Shown here: positions 38,001 to 50,246 of the stretch, piece after piece | Numbering within the stretch: position 1 is the first letter of the stretch | Layout of the letters: each line of letters begins with the position of its first letter | Assembly (NCBI GenBank): GCA_973895155.1 | Contig: OZ316894.1 | Coordinates: forward strand, 62,001 to 126,000 | Source: Marsupella aquatica | Lineage: Eukaryota > Plantae > Marchantiophyta | DNA: 64,000 nt | Reading direction: 5' to 3' | Program-made: the position numbers and the translations under genes | The notes under the pieces: model-generated | The model's input: the letters and a program-made list of their open reading frames with translations, nothing else | Told to the model about the DNA's origin: nothing | Database searches by the model: none

Positions 38001-41000
38001 CATGTGTGTTCGGAAATGTGACCGGTATTTTCATTCCATCGGAGAAAATAACGATGTGCGTTAAACACGTACCCCTACCTAAACCCGACGATGCAAGGGA
38101 TCTTTTGTCGAGGTGAACTGGCCAACATTTGTCCATGTCGCTCCTATGCATGTTTTTTCTTTTCAATACATCTATATTTCTATATTATTATGTCCGCGAC
38201 ACCCTACAGCTCACCTCAATCTTCTTCATCGACGCATATATATATTCCATTGTTTTCATCCGGCAATGATTTGTGCCATCACCGATTTGGTTTCTTGTTG
38301 ACCGTTTAAGGGCGATGCTTTTTTATTAGGTTGGAATGCCATCCATGCACAGCACACCGCCGGCATGATTTAAATCCAACTCGTCACCTTCATAACAGGT
38401 TGGAGTTTGGCGGCGACCAATTTCCACAGTCTCTTGCTGATAAGGGTTGGTCGACTCATTAACAGGCTTGCCCCTTATCATCGCGGAGAGAACAGTGTAC
38501 GTGGGGGAGCAATTGCTATATTTGTGTTATCAATCAGGGCAGCCATGGACTATGGCTAAACTACATTACACGTATATATATATATATATATATGTTCCTG
38601 GATTGAAATCAATCAGGGCATGGACTATGGTAGGCTGGACTACATATATTACACATACATGTTCCTCGATTCAAAGTTGCTAATTTGAATTTCGCACGAG
38701 GACGGTCCACACTCTAAACTATTAATTACTGACAAACGGTTGTCCAACAACGACAAATCCGTCTGGAGCATCCATCACATGTCATTACACCACATACTGC
38801 TCTTCATCTTGCATGAGCTTCCAGTTTCCGTCATGTTCGGGTAATTTGGTGCCCCAAGCCCTTTGGTGGCCTACGCTGTGAATGGTACGCTTTATTATTG
38901 GTTTGCTTTAGGGTTCAATCCCGGGTTCAATCAGGATTTAGGGTCCTGTACTCTAAAACCCTAAATGATATTAATCGGTCCTGTGAAATTATTGCTGCCG
39001 ACTTACCGAAAACTTATAGTCGCAATGGCAACGTCTAATAGTTGCATATCATTGGTGTGATACCGAGCAATTGAGGGGAATCTGCTTGTCTGGCTGCTAT
39101 TATTGGCTCCCTATATATGGTTCAAGTACCTGCGGGAATTGACCAATCTATGAGTTTTATTATGACGCACACGTTACCTGCGTTCCATGTGTACTCCAAG
39201 ATTCTACGTACTACCTCTTGGGGATGTTAAACCGTAAACTTGTCGATGTCCCTCGCGCGCCTGAATGAATTAACTCCCTCAGCTTCATCTTCAATGAATG
39301 TACATCCAAGACATTCAGAGTCTCCTTTAATCCTTCAATTCTATTAGGGATGGAGGGGGGGAGGAACTTAAAGGTGGAGCACAGGCAGCAACCAACCGAA
39401 GGTTGCCTGGACACTTTGTCCAAACAAGATTTCTCCCTTCATGCATGAATGTCATATTTGGCTATGAGGACGCGATTCTACTACTCTATGATACTTTAAC
39501 TCACCTTTTTCGAGGGCACACCTTCTGCGCCCAGGTTACGCTATAAGCAGTTTTATGACAAAATGCAGAACAGTCAGTGAGCTCCCAAATCTCACACACA
39601 CAACCCAGTTGTTAGGCTCTCCGGAAACGCAAAGGTTTACCAGCAATATATTGGTGGAAAATATAAAATACCGGAATCTCGGGACGAACAGCTTCCCAAT
39701 CTGTGCATGCATAGTCGTTGGCATTCTTGTCCTAGCTAGTGTCACCGTCACCATCACCGAATAAACTGTCCGAACAGGATGTCTCCGAACACGACCCTCG
39801 TTAGCTATTCAACAAGGATCGATTATGAAAGAGGGAAAAAAATATCTAACCCATTACGATGAATTTACTGGTAATCCCGACTTTGACAGATGTACCTACT
39901 CCTTACCTCTCCAAGCATTTTAATAAATTTTTTTTTTAAGTGTGGTCAGCTGTCTCTACTATTGTACGCTCGCCTGCCTCAATCAATGGGAGACCAAATT
40001 GCGCTGCAAAAGCTGCATTGAAGCCAACTTTATGTTCCTCGCATTAATTCTGAATGCATGCAGCTGCGCGCGCCCACCTGCGGCGTCTCCATGCATTTTT
40101 CTCAAGAAGGCGTCTCTCGTTTGTTTAATTTCACCCGGGGTTTCTCCAGCACCAAGAACATCTCCTTCCTAGTATTCCTCAAAAGTCCCCGCTTCTCATT
40201 CTCGTTTGATCTGAATTTCATCATGAATGGTGTCGCGGGTGGGGGGGTGGGGTGGGGGGGCGGGGGGGGCAGACCTAGAGCTGCGCCTTGGTTAACGCTG
40301 GCTCACTTTCCCATCTGAGCATCGGATTCTCTTTGGAAACTTCTGCCGAGATTAGCAAACTGTAAAGCCTGGCCCTAATTCATCTCTCCCCCATCCATGC
40401 CTACATCCGCTTTGACGGCCCTTCCTCATTTGTCCACTGTTTGTACCAATGTGCTCGCGTAAATAACAGTAGCATTTCATGTGGCGATCGAGGGTCCTTT
40501 GGCATTATACTAAGTAACACCGATGCCGCATATATGTGGACATCCCTAACACATTGCCGTATTTCATCAAGGAACGATGGGACGGTCCGAATCGTGTCTA
40601 GCCTGGGCGTGTGTACTCTAATCCCAAGATTGTGGTGCCATATCGATTAATACCCCAACCGTTGGTATGCCTTTCTCGATTGTCATATATATGCCATGTA
40701 CTTATCACCGGACAGAACTTGGAACACATTAATGAAATCATGGGGAGGTGACCGTACGTACGGTCCACATACAGCAAGGCTAGCGAGCTGGGCCAAAATC
40801 ACTTCCCAGCACTCTAAAATTATGTACACTAGCTTCTAACCATCTAACTACATTGTCGGCACGTCGAAGTCACGACCTCAAAAAAAATCTCTCGATCTTC
40901 TTCCCACACATAATTTTCTGCGTCCTCCGGATTGAAGGGGAACTCGTCGGTTTGCGTGAGCTCTCCGATCCTTGGCAGGCTACAGCCAGCGACAGGATCG

Positions 41001-43386
41001 ATCCCTTTTCAATTTGTCATAATACTCCCAAGCTTCATGTCTAATTAGCATGGGGGAGGACTGGTAGATGTACAAAACTCATCCACCCACTGCTGGATAC
41101 TGCGATATATGTGGGTGGTGTAAAAATGAAAGGACTGAAGACCACGTACATGTCGTGCCGCAATGTCGTTAGTTGCATTCCACTCTGCTGCTTAAATAAT
41201 TAAAAAGAGGTTGATCATTTGGGGCAGCGTACGTACTTCCCACGGACTTTTCATTTTCCCCAATTCAACTTTCCAACACAAGGGGTACCACTAGACCGGA
41301 TTATTTTCCTATGGAGTCCGGGGCTATTATATTGAACTTCTGAATGATTGTGCCTCCTCGGAACGTCGATCCGAGTACCGATGATCTCCATGTACTAGAA
41401 CTGTCAGGTATAATTGAGGGTTGGCAGGGTGTTCTATCTCTAATTCCAATTAATAATAAATGGAAATTGCGTGAGTCCGGTACTTGCCTTTGGGTACTCG
41501 ATATTTTGGATTGTAAGGGGTATAATTACATACATAATCCGGTCAAGGTTTCCTGGTCGAATGGCGCGTTTATTGCTAATTCTTGCACCCGACGGAATGA
41601 TGTGCAGGGTCTCCAGCCCCATTGCCTCATCCGCCTCAATTGATCGTCGTCAGAACGCCCACCCGCTGGACTGATCGAAGAAGCCCTTTCGGGAATAGAA
41701 TGCTCACCAGTTGGACTTTCTTCGCTTACGTTGATCGGGTCTTCCAGCGCTTGTGCTAGTATATTGGCTGCAATGGCAGCCTCCGCCCTTAGTTAACACC
41801 TGTACTTGGAATATCCCAAGCTTTGTACCGAACATATTAATTTAATGTTATTGCTGGACCAGTTCGTTCCCAGCTATGTACTTCCCTCAATCACTTCTCC
41901 ATTTCTTTATCTCTCCTCTATGCACTCTCCGCGAGCGCGGCAATTAAGTGTAAGCACTCTTCTCCTCCAGCTGCTGGCGGAGTCCTTTGCACTGAACTTC
42001 ATCCCGATGGAACTTTTGTTCGTACACCAACATCTCCATCCTTGCCGTGCTCTCCATGGAACCTTTGTTCCTATACTCCCATGGCGGCTGCAAACGTCCC
42101 CTTTCTCCGTCGCAGCTAGCAGAATGGCGATCATCTCTCGCCGATGCTGGACTGGTAAGTGACCTTATTGGCATAGTCGACGCTACAAACGCTTTAATCA
42201 TTCTTTTGTCGGTGGATGGCGTGGGTGATTATAAACGCCGGCATGGCAAAGTCGCTCTGCTTGGTTGCATTGCCTGGCCGAGTGGATAAGCTGCTTCTCA
42301 CCACGAGTGCACCGGTGGCATTTCGGTGCACCGTGCTCTTTGGACTGAAAACACCAAACAAACAAAAACTGCATTTTGCGACTATTTGGATCAGTCCTTA
42401 AGTACCGGTCTGCACAAAACAGAGGCTCTACACGAGAGCCGCATATCTCGGGTCAAAATTGAATTTAGGGACAAAGTCCGCTTAGGTTTAAGGTGTATGG
42501 TTGCTGTTTTTCAGTTAGTGGACAGTTATGGGCTATTTCTGCCCCTTCAGAGTTGAGGGTGTCTGCACAAAGACTCTAGAGAGCCTGAAAACCGGGGGGT
42601 GTGTGGTGTTGAGCAGGACATGGGTTCAGTTGGGCCGGAGCCAAAGAACGGATACCAGCAGGGTGAATGGTGCCATGGTATGATGCCATGAGAGTTTGAA
42701 ATTGAGGCAGCTGCACTATCCGGGCTCCTTATCAGTTGACGTTTTGGGGTTGGGGGCGAATGGACTTCCTTCTTTATTACTCTCCAACACCATATCACCT
42801 TGGATGTTTGAGAGGGGTTGGTCCCCTCATATATACTACTTGAACCACAACCCATGCGTGTTTGAGTTCCTAAATCTGGTGGGAAGTGCAACCGAGTCTA
42901 GGAGTCGGAACCCGGTCTCCATCGGTGCTGACTCTCATTACGGATGGGACCCCGGGGCCTATTTGCACCCCAATAACTCCGGGCCGTCTGGACCGTCTCA
43001 GGAAGTCGGTTTGTAGGGTTTGGGGTCTGTGTACGGGGGGATGTCCCTGCTTCCCTCTCCCTTGTTGCTCCTTTGTCGTTGATCGTCTCTCCATCATGGC
43101 TCCTTTGTCGCGGATCGCGTCTCCATCGGTGCTGACTCAATCTCCTTGGTCTCTCCCTTGGTTGCCGCTACCTCCTTCATAGGGGTCGTGTGGGGCAGCT
43201 CACGGTCATCAGCACAGCCGCACAGGGCCACCGGGCGGGGTGACCTCTCCCACCCTAATAATAATATTTTATTATTAAAAGCCGCTCCCTCCCTCCTCAT
43301 ATATGTGTGGTGCCGTGGCGGGGAGGCGGGCTTGTTGCTCCCTCCCTTGTTGGTGGGAGGGAGCAACATTATTATTATTACTAGAA

Positions 43387-45137
43387 CTAGAATCAAGCTC
43401 AATACCCGTGCGTTGCACACAAGAAGTTTAGGGTTTGTGGTATGCATCCCTGTTCGTGGTATGCATCAGAGTTCATCCCTTTGTGTTTTGCATGGCCGTG
43501 GCAGGGAGCCACAACGAAGAAGGGAAGGGTTTAGGGAAAACCCCTTAACCCGTAAACACAAAACCCTAACTGCCAGGAGGGAAGGCTGAGTGGTGCCCTG
43601 GATTGATACCATCAGGGCTCGTGATGAGATTGCTGCACTATGCGGGGTTCTGATCATGAGTTGACATTTCGAGAATGACACGATTGGAGTTATCCCTTTG
43701 TGTGTGCAAGGCCGGGGCAGGGAGCCACAACGAAGAAGGGAAGGGTTTAGTGAAAACCCCTTAACCCGTAAACACAAAACCCTAACTGCCAGGAGGGAAG
43801 GCTGAGTGGTGCCCTGGATTGATACCATCAGGGCTCGTGGTGAGATTGCTGCACTATGTGGGGTTCTGATCATGAGTTGACATTTCGAGAATGACAGGAT
43901 TGGAGTTATCCCTTTGTGTGTGCAAGGCCGGGGCAGGGAGCCATGACGAAGAAGGTAAGGGTTTAGGGAAAACCCCTAAACACGTAACCACAGAACCCTA
44001 ACCGCCGGGAAGGCTGAGGGGTGCCCTGGTTTTCTGCCATGAATGGAGTTTGAGGTAATTCCAGGTTCGGGCAACCCAAATAAACCTTAAACTCCGGGCG
44101 GGTGTGTGCTGGCCAGCCGCACAGGGAGAGGCTCTAGTCGTGCAGCGGGGAGTGGAAGAAGGCAAGGGTTTAAGGAAAACCCCTAAACATGTAAACACAA
44201 AACCCTAACCGCCGGGAGGGAAGGCTGAGGGGTGCCCTGGTTTTCTGCCATGAATGGAGTTTGAGGTAATTCCAGGTTCGGGCAACCCTAATAAACCCTA
44301 AACTTCGGGCGTGTGTGTGCTGGCCAGCCGCACAGGGAGAGGCTCTACACGATAGTTGTGCAGCGGGGAGGTGGAAGAAGGCAAAGATGGGACTAGTACA
44401 GTAGTGGTGCTACGGTAGTATAGTTTTGTGGAGGGCATTCGTGTTCTCTAAGGCGAGTGCTGTGCCCATGGAGTGAACGTGGGTTGAGGGTCTAGGGTCA
44501 CACGTCCTGGTTGCTGTAAAGCCAGGAATCGGGTGTCGCAAAATTAGATGGCGGGGAAATGATTGAGTGTTACGGAATTGGCCAGAAAGAGGTGAATCCC
44601 GTGAGTGAAGTTCCAGGAGAGGCAGAGGTGAGGCAGTCCACAGTGGCCGCAGCGTATGGAGAGGCTGTACGCGATAGATGGCAGGGTAGGCAGAGTTGGT
44701 GCGAGGGGAGTACGGGATGCCGGCCGCAGTGCTATCCGGGCTCCCGAAGCAGTGACGTTTGAAGAATGGTGCAGGGATTGATTTACTTTGTATTTTCATG
44801 GCACGACTGTCTTTTTTGGGCGTTCGGGGCAAGAAGAACACAAAACTGGGGTAAACCCTGAACCGGAAACGGTAAACCAATAAACCCTAAATGACGAGGA
44901 GGGAGGGTGGGCAGAGTTGATGCGAGGGGAGTATGGGAAGAAGGCCGCAGTGCTATCCGGGCTCCCGAAGCAGTGACGTTTGAAGAATGGCGCGGGGATC
45001 GACTTGCTTTGTAATGTTGGTTCCTTTGTATTTTCATGGAGGGACGGTCTTTTTCGGGCACTCGTGGGAAAAAGACCACAAAAAAGACCGCAAAGACCGT
45101 GCATTGCGATCGCTGGGCTGCACGAAAATGTATATAG
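43387..45137 (-). mobile_element. Non-autonomous Helitron-like element, copy B
   Basis: On the minus strand it ends ...gtgtgcaacgcacggg-tattgagcttgatt-CTAG|T, i.e. hairpin plus CTAG. The body is collinear with 27680-29290 and has about 214-bp internal duplications. The 5' end reads ctatatacattttcgtgcagcc without a perfect TC. Confidence 0.6.
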
Positions 45138-45383
45138 CACATTTTTGGAAAAGTACCCCCAAAACAGTAAACATGGGTGTGCGTGCTTGAGATAGCACTT
45201 TTTTTGACAAGTTCCCCCCAAAATTGAAAACTCTGGATTTTACGTGCTCAGATAGCACATTTTTTTTACAAGTACCCCAAAAACAGAAAACATGGGGTGC
45301 AATTTTTTTCCCCTGTGCCCCCCGGGTCTTGGTATGAGGTCAAGCTAGAGAAATGGTGACTATGTAATATAGGGCTTATATAC

Positions 45384-45956
45384 TAGAGTGTGATCGGCTG
45401 TATTATACGGTGCATGCGCACGGCTGAGGGTTTGGGTATATGGGTTTGTGCCATAAATGGGCATGGTTGCAGAGGGCTGGTCGCGTGGTTCACAGTGGGT
45501 TTAGTAGTTGGTTGAGATCCGGCTTCGTTGTGCAGTTGTGGTCTGTTTAGTGCAATATCCGACCGTGCATTGCATGGGGCCGGCCGTGCACTAGCCTTGT
45601 ATTGGGTGCAAAGACCGGCCGGGCGGCCGTGCACATTGCATGCAGAGTGCACGGATAATATATATACGAGGAACAACGCAAGGGTAAGGGAACCCTAAAA
45701 TATACCCTAAATGACGGGGAGGGAGGGTGGGCAGAGTTGATGCGAGGGGAGTATGGGAAGAAGGCCGCAGTGCTATCCGGGCGCTCGAAGCAATGACTTT
45801 TGAAGAATGGCGAGGGGATCGACTTGCTTTGTAATGTTGGTTCCTTTGTATTTTCATGGCGGGACGGTCTTTTTTGGGCACTCGTGGGAAAAAGACCACG
45901 AAAAAGACCGCAAAAACCGGGCATTGCGATCGCTGGGCTGCACGAAAATGTATATA
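45384..45956 (-). mobile_element. Short Helitron-like element, copy C
   Basis: Same 5' end as copies A and B. Minus-strand end ...ccgtataatacagccgatcacact-CTAG|T with a degenerate hairpin. Confidence 0.5.
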
Positions 45957-47078
45957 AAGTTCAAGATTGATTGCTGCCTGGACTGGTTACATTAGTTCAA
46001 AGGAAGAATGGTGTCCTTCCACCACACATCTTCAACATCATTCTCACCCAAGTAAATTCAAACCAAAAAGAAGAGATAACAGATTAATCTCTCTTAAGAC
46101 CTCCTTCTCCAAGATGAATCGATTTTCTTGAGGTAGGCATGGACCCAGCAGAAGCAACAGACACATGTTAATCCACTATTCCTTGCAGAACTGTGCTTCT
46201 TCTCCGTTCACGTGCACTGTCTATGAGCTTGCAGATTTCTATCATGCCTCAACGTAGAAAAATTTCTACTGCGAATACAGCCCACTTTCCTGCCTTGTCC
46301 GTTGACCCTTGACGATAGCAGTGTACAGTGCATCATTCTCATTCTCACATAATTTGAGGACTTACTCCTTCCCTAAAGCCGGAGTAGTTAACATGCTTTA
46401 GAGCACCTTTCACGACCATATCTTGTGAATCTGCGAAGCTCAGAACAGTTGAGTTGCGGATGGAACTTCATGTTGGTTGAATTCAACTGTCGACGACTAA
46501 GTTCGAAGCAGAAGAACACGGCCACCTTCCTAGAATTGAATTGTCTAGTCTCCCACCTACATCATCAAGCTATATCAGATCTGGACACATCCATACTCTG
46601 GGAGCCAAGGCTTTCTTTCCAAGTCAATGAACTCTGAAACTGATTGCTTAAAGTTTTATGATAGTGGAGGTTGCTATCAGCGAATTTTATTTTCATGCCC
46701 TTGATTTTACCGTCTCATGTCAGCAAAGTGAGTTCCCTTCCAGTACTATGTTCATGGCAAGGCAGCTACTGTATGCAAACCCTTCTTCTAATCTAACAAC
46801 AAAATGTAACGAAGAAATCAAACAAACTTTCTACATAGCAGGCTAAGAGCTTGATTTCACGCATCTAAGATTTCGACTCTCCACTAAACTCGCGTAACAT
46901 TTCTCTTACATGAACAGGTCTTTCAGCCAGAAGAGTGCTACTTACAACTCCTAATTGCAGAATCTCAAATTAATGTTACAGAATTGCAGCAACGAAAATC
47001 TGACCTGTATCTGCACAGCCAGCGAGTACTGCTTTAGAGTCACTTTCCAGCCAGCCCAACACAGCTTTCAGTCTGGAT

Positions 47079-50000
47079 TCACCAGTAATCACCACAAGAA
47101 CACATTCCATCTTTGAAATGGTGGAACCGATTCGCATCCCTCGCAATAATCTCGCGTCCGGTCACCTTAGAGATATACTTGGTTGCTGAGTGGCAATCCG
47201 AACACACCCGAAGGTTCTTACTTACACGAATTGGTTCTCCCCAAGGTAGGTGCATGAGTCCGTAAACAATAGCCAACTTCTCACTATGAGAGCAAAGAGC
47301 TAGCTCTTTATCCTCCTCATTCATATCATGCAACACAAGCTGGGTATCCGGAATGTAGCCTTCAGCCTTCAGTTTTTCACTCAATTTATTCAGCTCAGTA
47401 TAGATCGCCTCGGCTTCTGGGTGAGATGTATCCCCCACAACAAATTCATGGATCTTGTTGTCAACTTCAATCCAGCTACGCCCTGGCTCCTTCCAAACAC
47501 CTCTCTCTTGCATCATAGTCCGCACAGATGACACCTTCTCCCACTTCCCAGCTGCAGCATAGATATTGGAGAGCAGCACATATGTAGAGGCCTTACCGGG
47601 CTCCAACTTGAAAAGCTCGTTAGCGGCCAGTTCGCCCAGCTCTAGGTTACCGTAAGTTCGACAAGCCCCAAGCAAAGCTGTCCAAGTTACATCATCTGGT
47701 TCGATCGGCATCTCACTGATGAACTGCTTTGCTTCCTCCAAGTGTCCCGCCCGCCCAAGAATATCCACCATGAGGTTATAGTGAACAACAGTACGCTCGA
47801 TACCATAATCTTGCGTCATAGCTGAAAAGATTCTACGGCCATCATCAACAAGGCCTCCATGAGAACACGCTGACAACACAGCTATGAATGACGTCTCGAT
47901 GGGCTTCACATTGTCTGCATTCATTTGTCTGAAAAGTTCCAGGGCTTCATGCCCATGTCCGTGTTGTGCAAGTCCACCGATCATTATGTTCCATGTGATT
48001 ACATCGCGTTTCCCGAGTCTGTCAAAAACTTGTTGGGCGTCATCTATACTGCCACTCTTTGCATACATGTGAACGAGTGCGTTGCCCACACGCAAATCCG
48101 ACTCCAGTCCGGCTTTGCTAGCGTGGCCATGAACCTCCTTCACCCACTTCAAAGCCCCCGCACTTGCAGATGCATTCAGGATGGTCACATAAGTGATTTC
48201 ATTTGGTTCGAAGCCTTGGCGTCTCATTTCAAGAAACATTCGATATGCTTCATGCCCAGATCCATGTTGTGCAAGCCCTCCTATCATTACATTCCATGTG
48301 ATTACATCGCGTTTCTCCATTCTGTCAAACACCAGTCGGGCATCATCTATACTGCCAATCTTCGCATACATGTGAACGAGTGCATTGCCCACACGCAAAT
48401 TGGACTCCAGTCCGGCTTTGCTAGCGTGGCCATGAACCTCCTTCACCCACTCCAAAGCCCCCGCACTTGCAGATGCATTCAGGATGCTCAGATAAGTGAT
48501 TTCATTTGGTTCGAAGCCTTGGCGTCTCATTTCAAGAAACATTCGATATGCTTCATGCCCAGATCCATGTTGTGCAAGCCCTCCTATCATTACAGTCCAT
48601 GTGATTACATCGCGTTTCTCCATTCTGTCAAAGACCAGTCGGGCATCATCTATACTGCCAATCTTCGCATACATGTGAACGAGTGCACTACCCACACGCA
48701 GATCCGACTCCAGTCCGGCTTTGCTAGCGTGGCCATGAACCTCCTTCACCCACTCCAAAGCCCCCGCACTTGCAGATGCATTCAGGATGCTCGCATAAGT
48801 GATTGCATTTGGTTTGAAGCCTTCGCGTCTCATTTGGAGAAAAAATCGATATGCTTCATGCCCACATCCCTGTTGTGCAAGTCCCCCGATCATTACGTTC
48901 CATGCGACTACATTGTGTTTCTCCATTCTCTCAAAAACAAGTCGGGCGTCATCTATACTGCCACTCTTTGCATACATGTGGACCAGTGCAGTGCCCACAC
49001 GCAAGTCTGACTCCAATCCCGCTTTGCTAGCATGCCCATGAACCTCCCTCACCCACTCCAAAGACCCCGCACTTGCAGACGCATTCAGGATGCTCACATA
49101 AGTGACTGCGTTTGGTTCGAAGCCTTCCCGTCGCATCTGGAGAAGCAATCGATAAGCTTCATGCCCACTTCCGTGTTGTGCAAGTCCACCGATCATTACA
49201 GTCCATGTGACTACATCGCGTTTCTCCATTCTGTCAAAAACCAGTCGGGCGTCACCTATCCTGCCACTCTCTGCATACATGTGAACCAGCGCAGAGCCCA
49301 CACGCAAATCTGACTCCAGTCCCGCTTTCCTAGCGTGGCCATGAACGTCCTTCACCCATCCCAAACCCCCATCACATGCGGATGCATTCAGGATGCTCGT
49401 ATAGGTGATTGCATTTGGTTCGAAGCCATCCCGTCTCATTTGGAGGAATAGTCGATATGCTTCCACACCATCACCACGTTCTGCACATGCTCCAATCATA
49501 ACATTCCATGTAATGACATTTCGATTAGTCAACTTTTCAAAAACTTTCCTTGCCTCGGTGATGCACCCACATTTAGCGTACATCAGTACGAGAGCAGACC
49601 CTACACGCACGTCCGATTCAAAGCCGGCATGTCGAATACCCTGATGAATTTCTTTTCCCCAATTGAGAGCTAATGGGCTTGAACATGCATTCAGGATGCT
49701 CAGATACGTGATCTCATTCGGCTTCACGCCTTCTTGGCGCATTAGATTGAAAATTTCGAGTGCAGATTCAGCATGATCACTCCTAGCGTATCCCGCAATC
49801 ATGCTGGTCCAAGTAATAACACTCTTCTTCTGAATTTCATCAAAAACTCTACGTGCATCCGATAAACCTCCGCATTTGATATACACATTCAAAAGCGTGT
49901 TTGCCACATATGGATTTTCGTGAATTCCACTCTCGATGATGCAATCATGAATTTGCTTGGCTCCTGAAAGGTCTTTCTGTTGCAAGCACATTTGCAGAAC

Positions 50001-50246
50001 TTTAACATAAGTGTACGAGTCTATAGCAATGCCTCGCTGTAGACGATCTTTCAACATAGCAATTGTTTGACCCGTGGTACCAGGATGCATATGCCTACTG
50101 CCAATCCCTTTTGCAGTGACTTGAGACCGATCTCTCGTGCAATAACTAACATTAGATGGAAATCTGCAGTGAGTAACCAAATTCGCCCTTGCCTTAACCC
50201 ACGCTGGGGTTGACCATCCATCCACCCAAAGTGCTAGTCTTGTCAA
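47079..50246 (-). CDS. PLS-class pentatricopeptide repeat protein with E1/E2 and DYW deaminase domain (organellar C-to-U RNA editing factor)
   Basis: 23 PPRs in P-L-S triplets (101 aa / 303 bp period), PG box (PGRSWIE), HSEKLA, CSDCH, HHFKDGMCSCGDYW terminus. The ORF is intronless; 50246 is a TTG and the first ATG is at 50090. Confidence 0.97.
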   Translation of the reverse strand: MTRLALWVDGWSTPAWVKARANLVTHCRFPSNVSYCTRDRSQVTAKGIGSRHMHPGTTGQTIAMLKDRLQRGIAIDSYTYVKVLQMCLQQKDLSGAKQIHDCIIESGIHENPYVANTLLNVYIKCGGLSDARRVFDEIQKKSVITWTSMIAGYARSDHAESALEIFNLMRQEGVKPNEITYLSILNACSSPLALNWGKEIHQGIRHAGFESDVRVGSALVLMYAKCGCITEARKVFEKLTNRNVITWNVMIGACAERGDGVEAYRLFLQMRRDGFEPNAITYTSILNASACDGGLGWVKDVHGHARKAGLESDLRVGSALVHMYAESGRIGDARLVFDRMEKRDVVTWTVMIGGLAQHGSGHEAYRLLLQMRREGFEPNAVTYVSILNASASAGSLEWVREVHGHASKAGLESDLRVGTALVHMYAKSGSIDDARLVFERMEKHNVVAWNVMIGGLAQQGCGHEAYRFFLQMRREGFKPNAITYASILNASASAGALEWVKEVHGHASKAGLESDLRVGSALVHMYAKIGSIDDARLVFDRMEKRDVITWTVMIGGLAQHGSGHEAYRMFLEMRRQGFEPNEITYLSILNASASAGALEWVKEVHGHASKAGLESNLRVGNALVHMYAKIGSIDDARLVFDRMEKRDVITWNVMIGGLAQHGSGHEAYRMFLEMRRQGFEPNEITYVTILNASASAGALKWVKEVHGHASKAGLESDLRVGNALVHMYAKSGSIDDAQQVFDRLGKRDVITWNIMIGGLAQHGHGHEALELFRQMNADNVKPIETSFIAVLSACSHGGLVDDGRRIFSAMTQDYGIERTVVHYNLMVDILGRAGHLEEAKQFISEMPIEPDDVTWTALLGACRTYGNLELGELAANELFKLEPGKASTYVLLSNIYAAAGKWEKVSSVRTMMQERGVWKEPGRSWIEVDNKIHEFVVGDTSHPEAEAIYTELNKLSEKLKAEGYIPDTQLVLHDMNEEDKELALCSHSEKLAIVYGLMHLPWGEPIRVSKNLRVCSDCHSATKYISKVTGREIIARDANRFHHFKDGMCSCGDYW

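Noticed and set aside
47925-49644. 361-aa and other plus-strand ORFs
   Set aside because: Antisense shadows of the repetitive PPR coding sequence.
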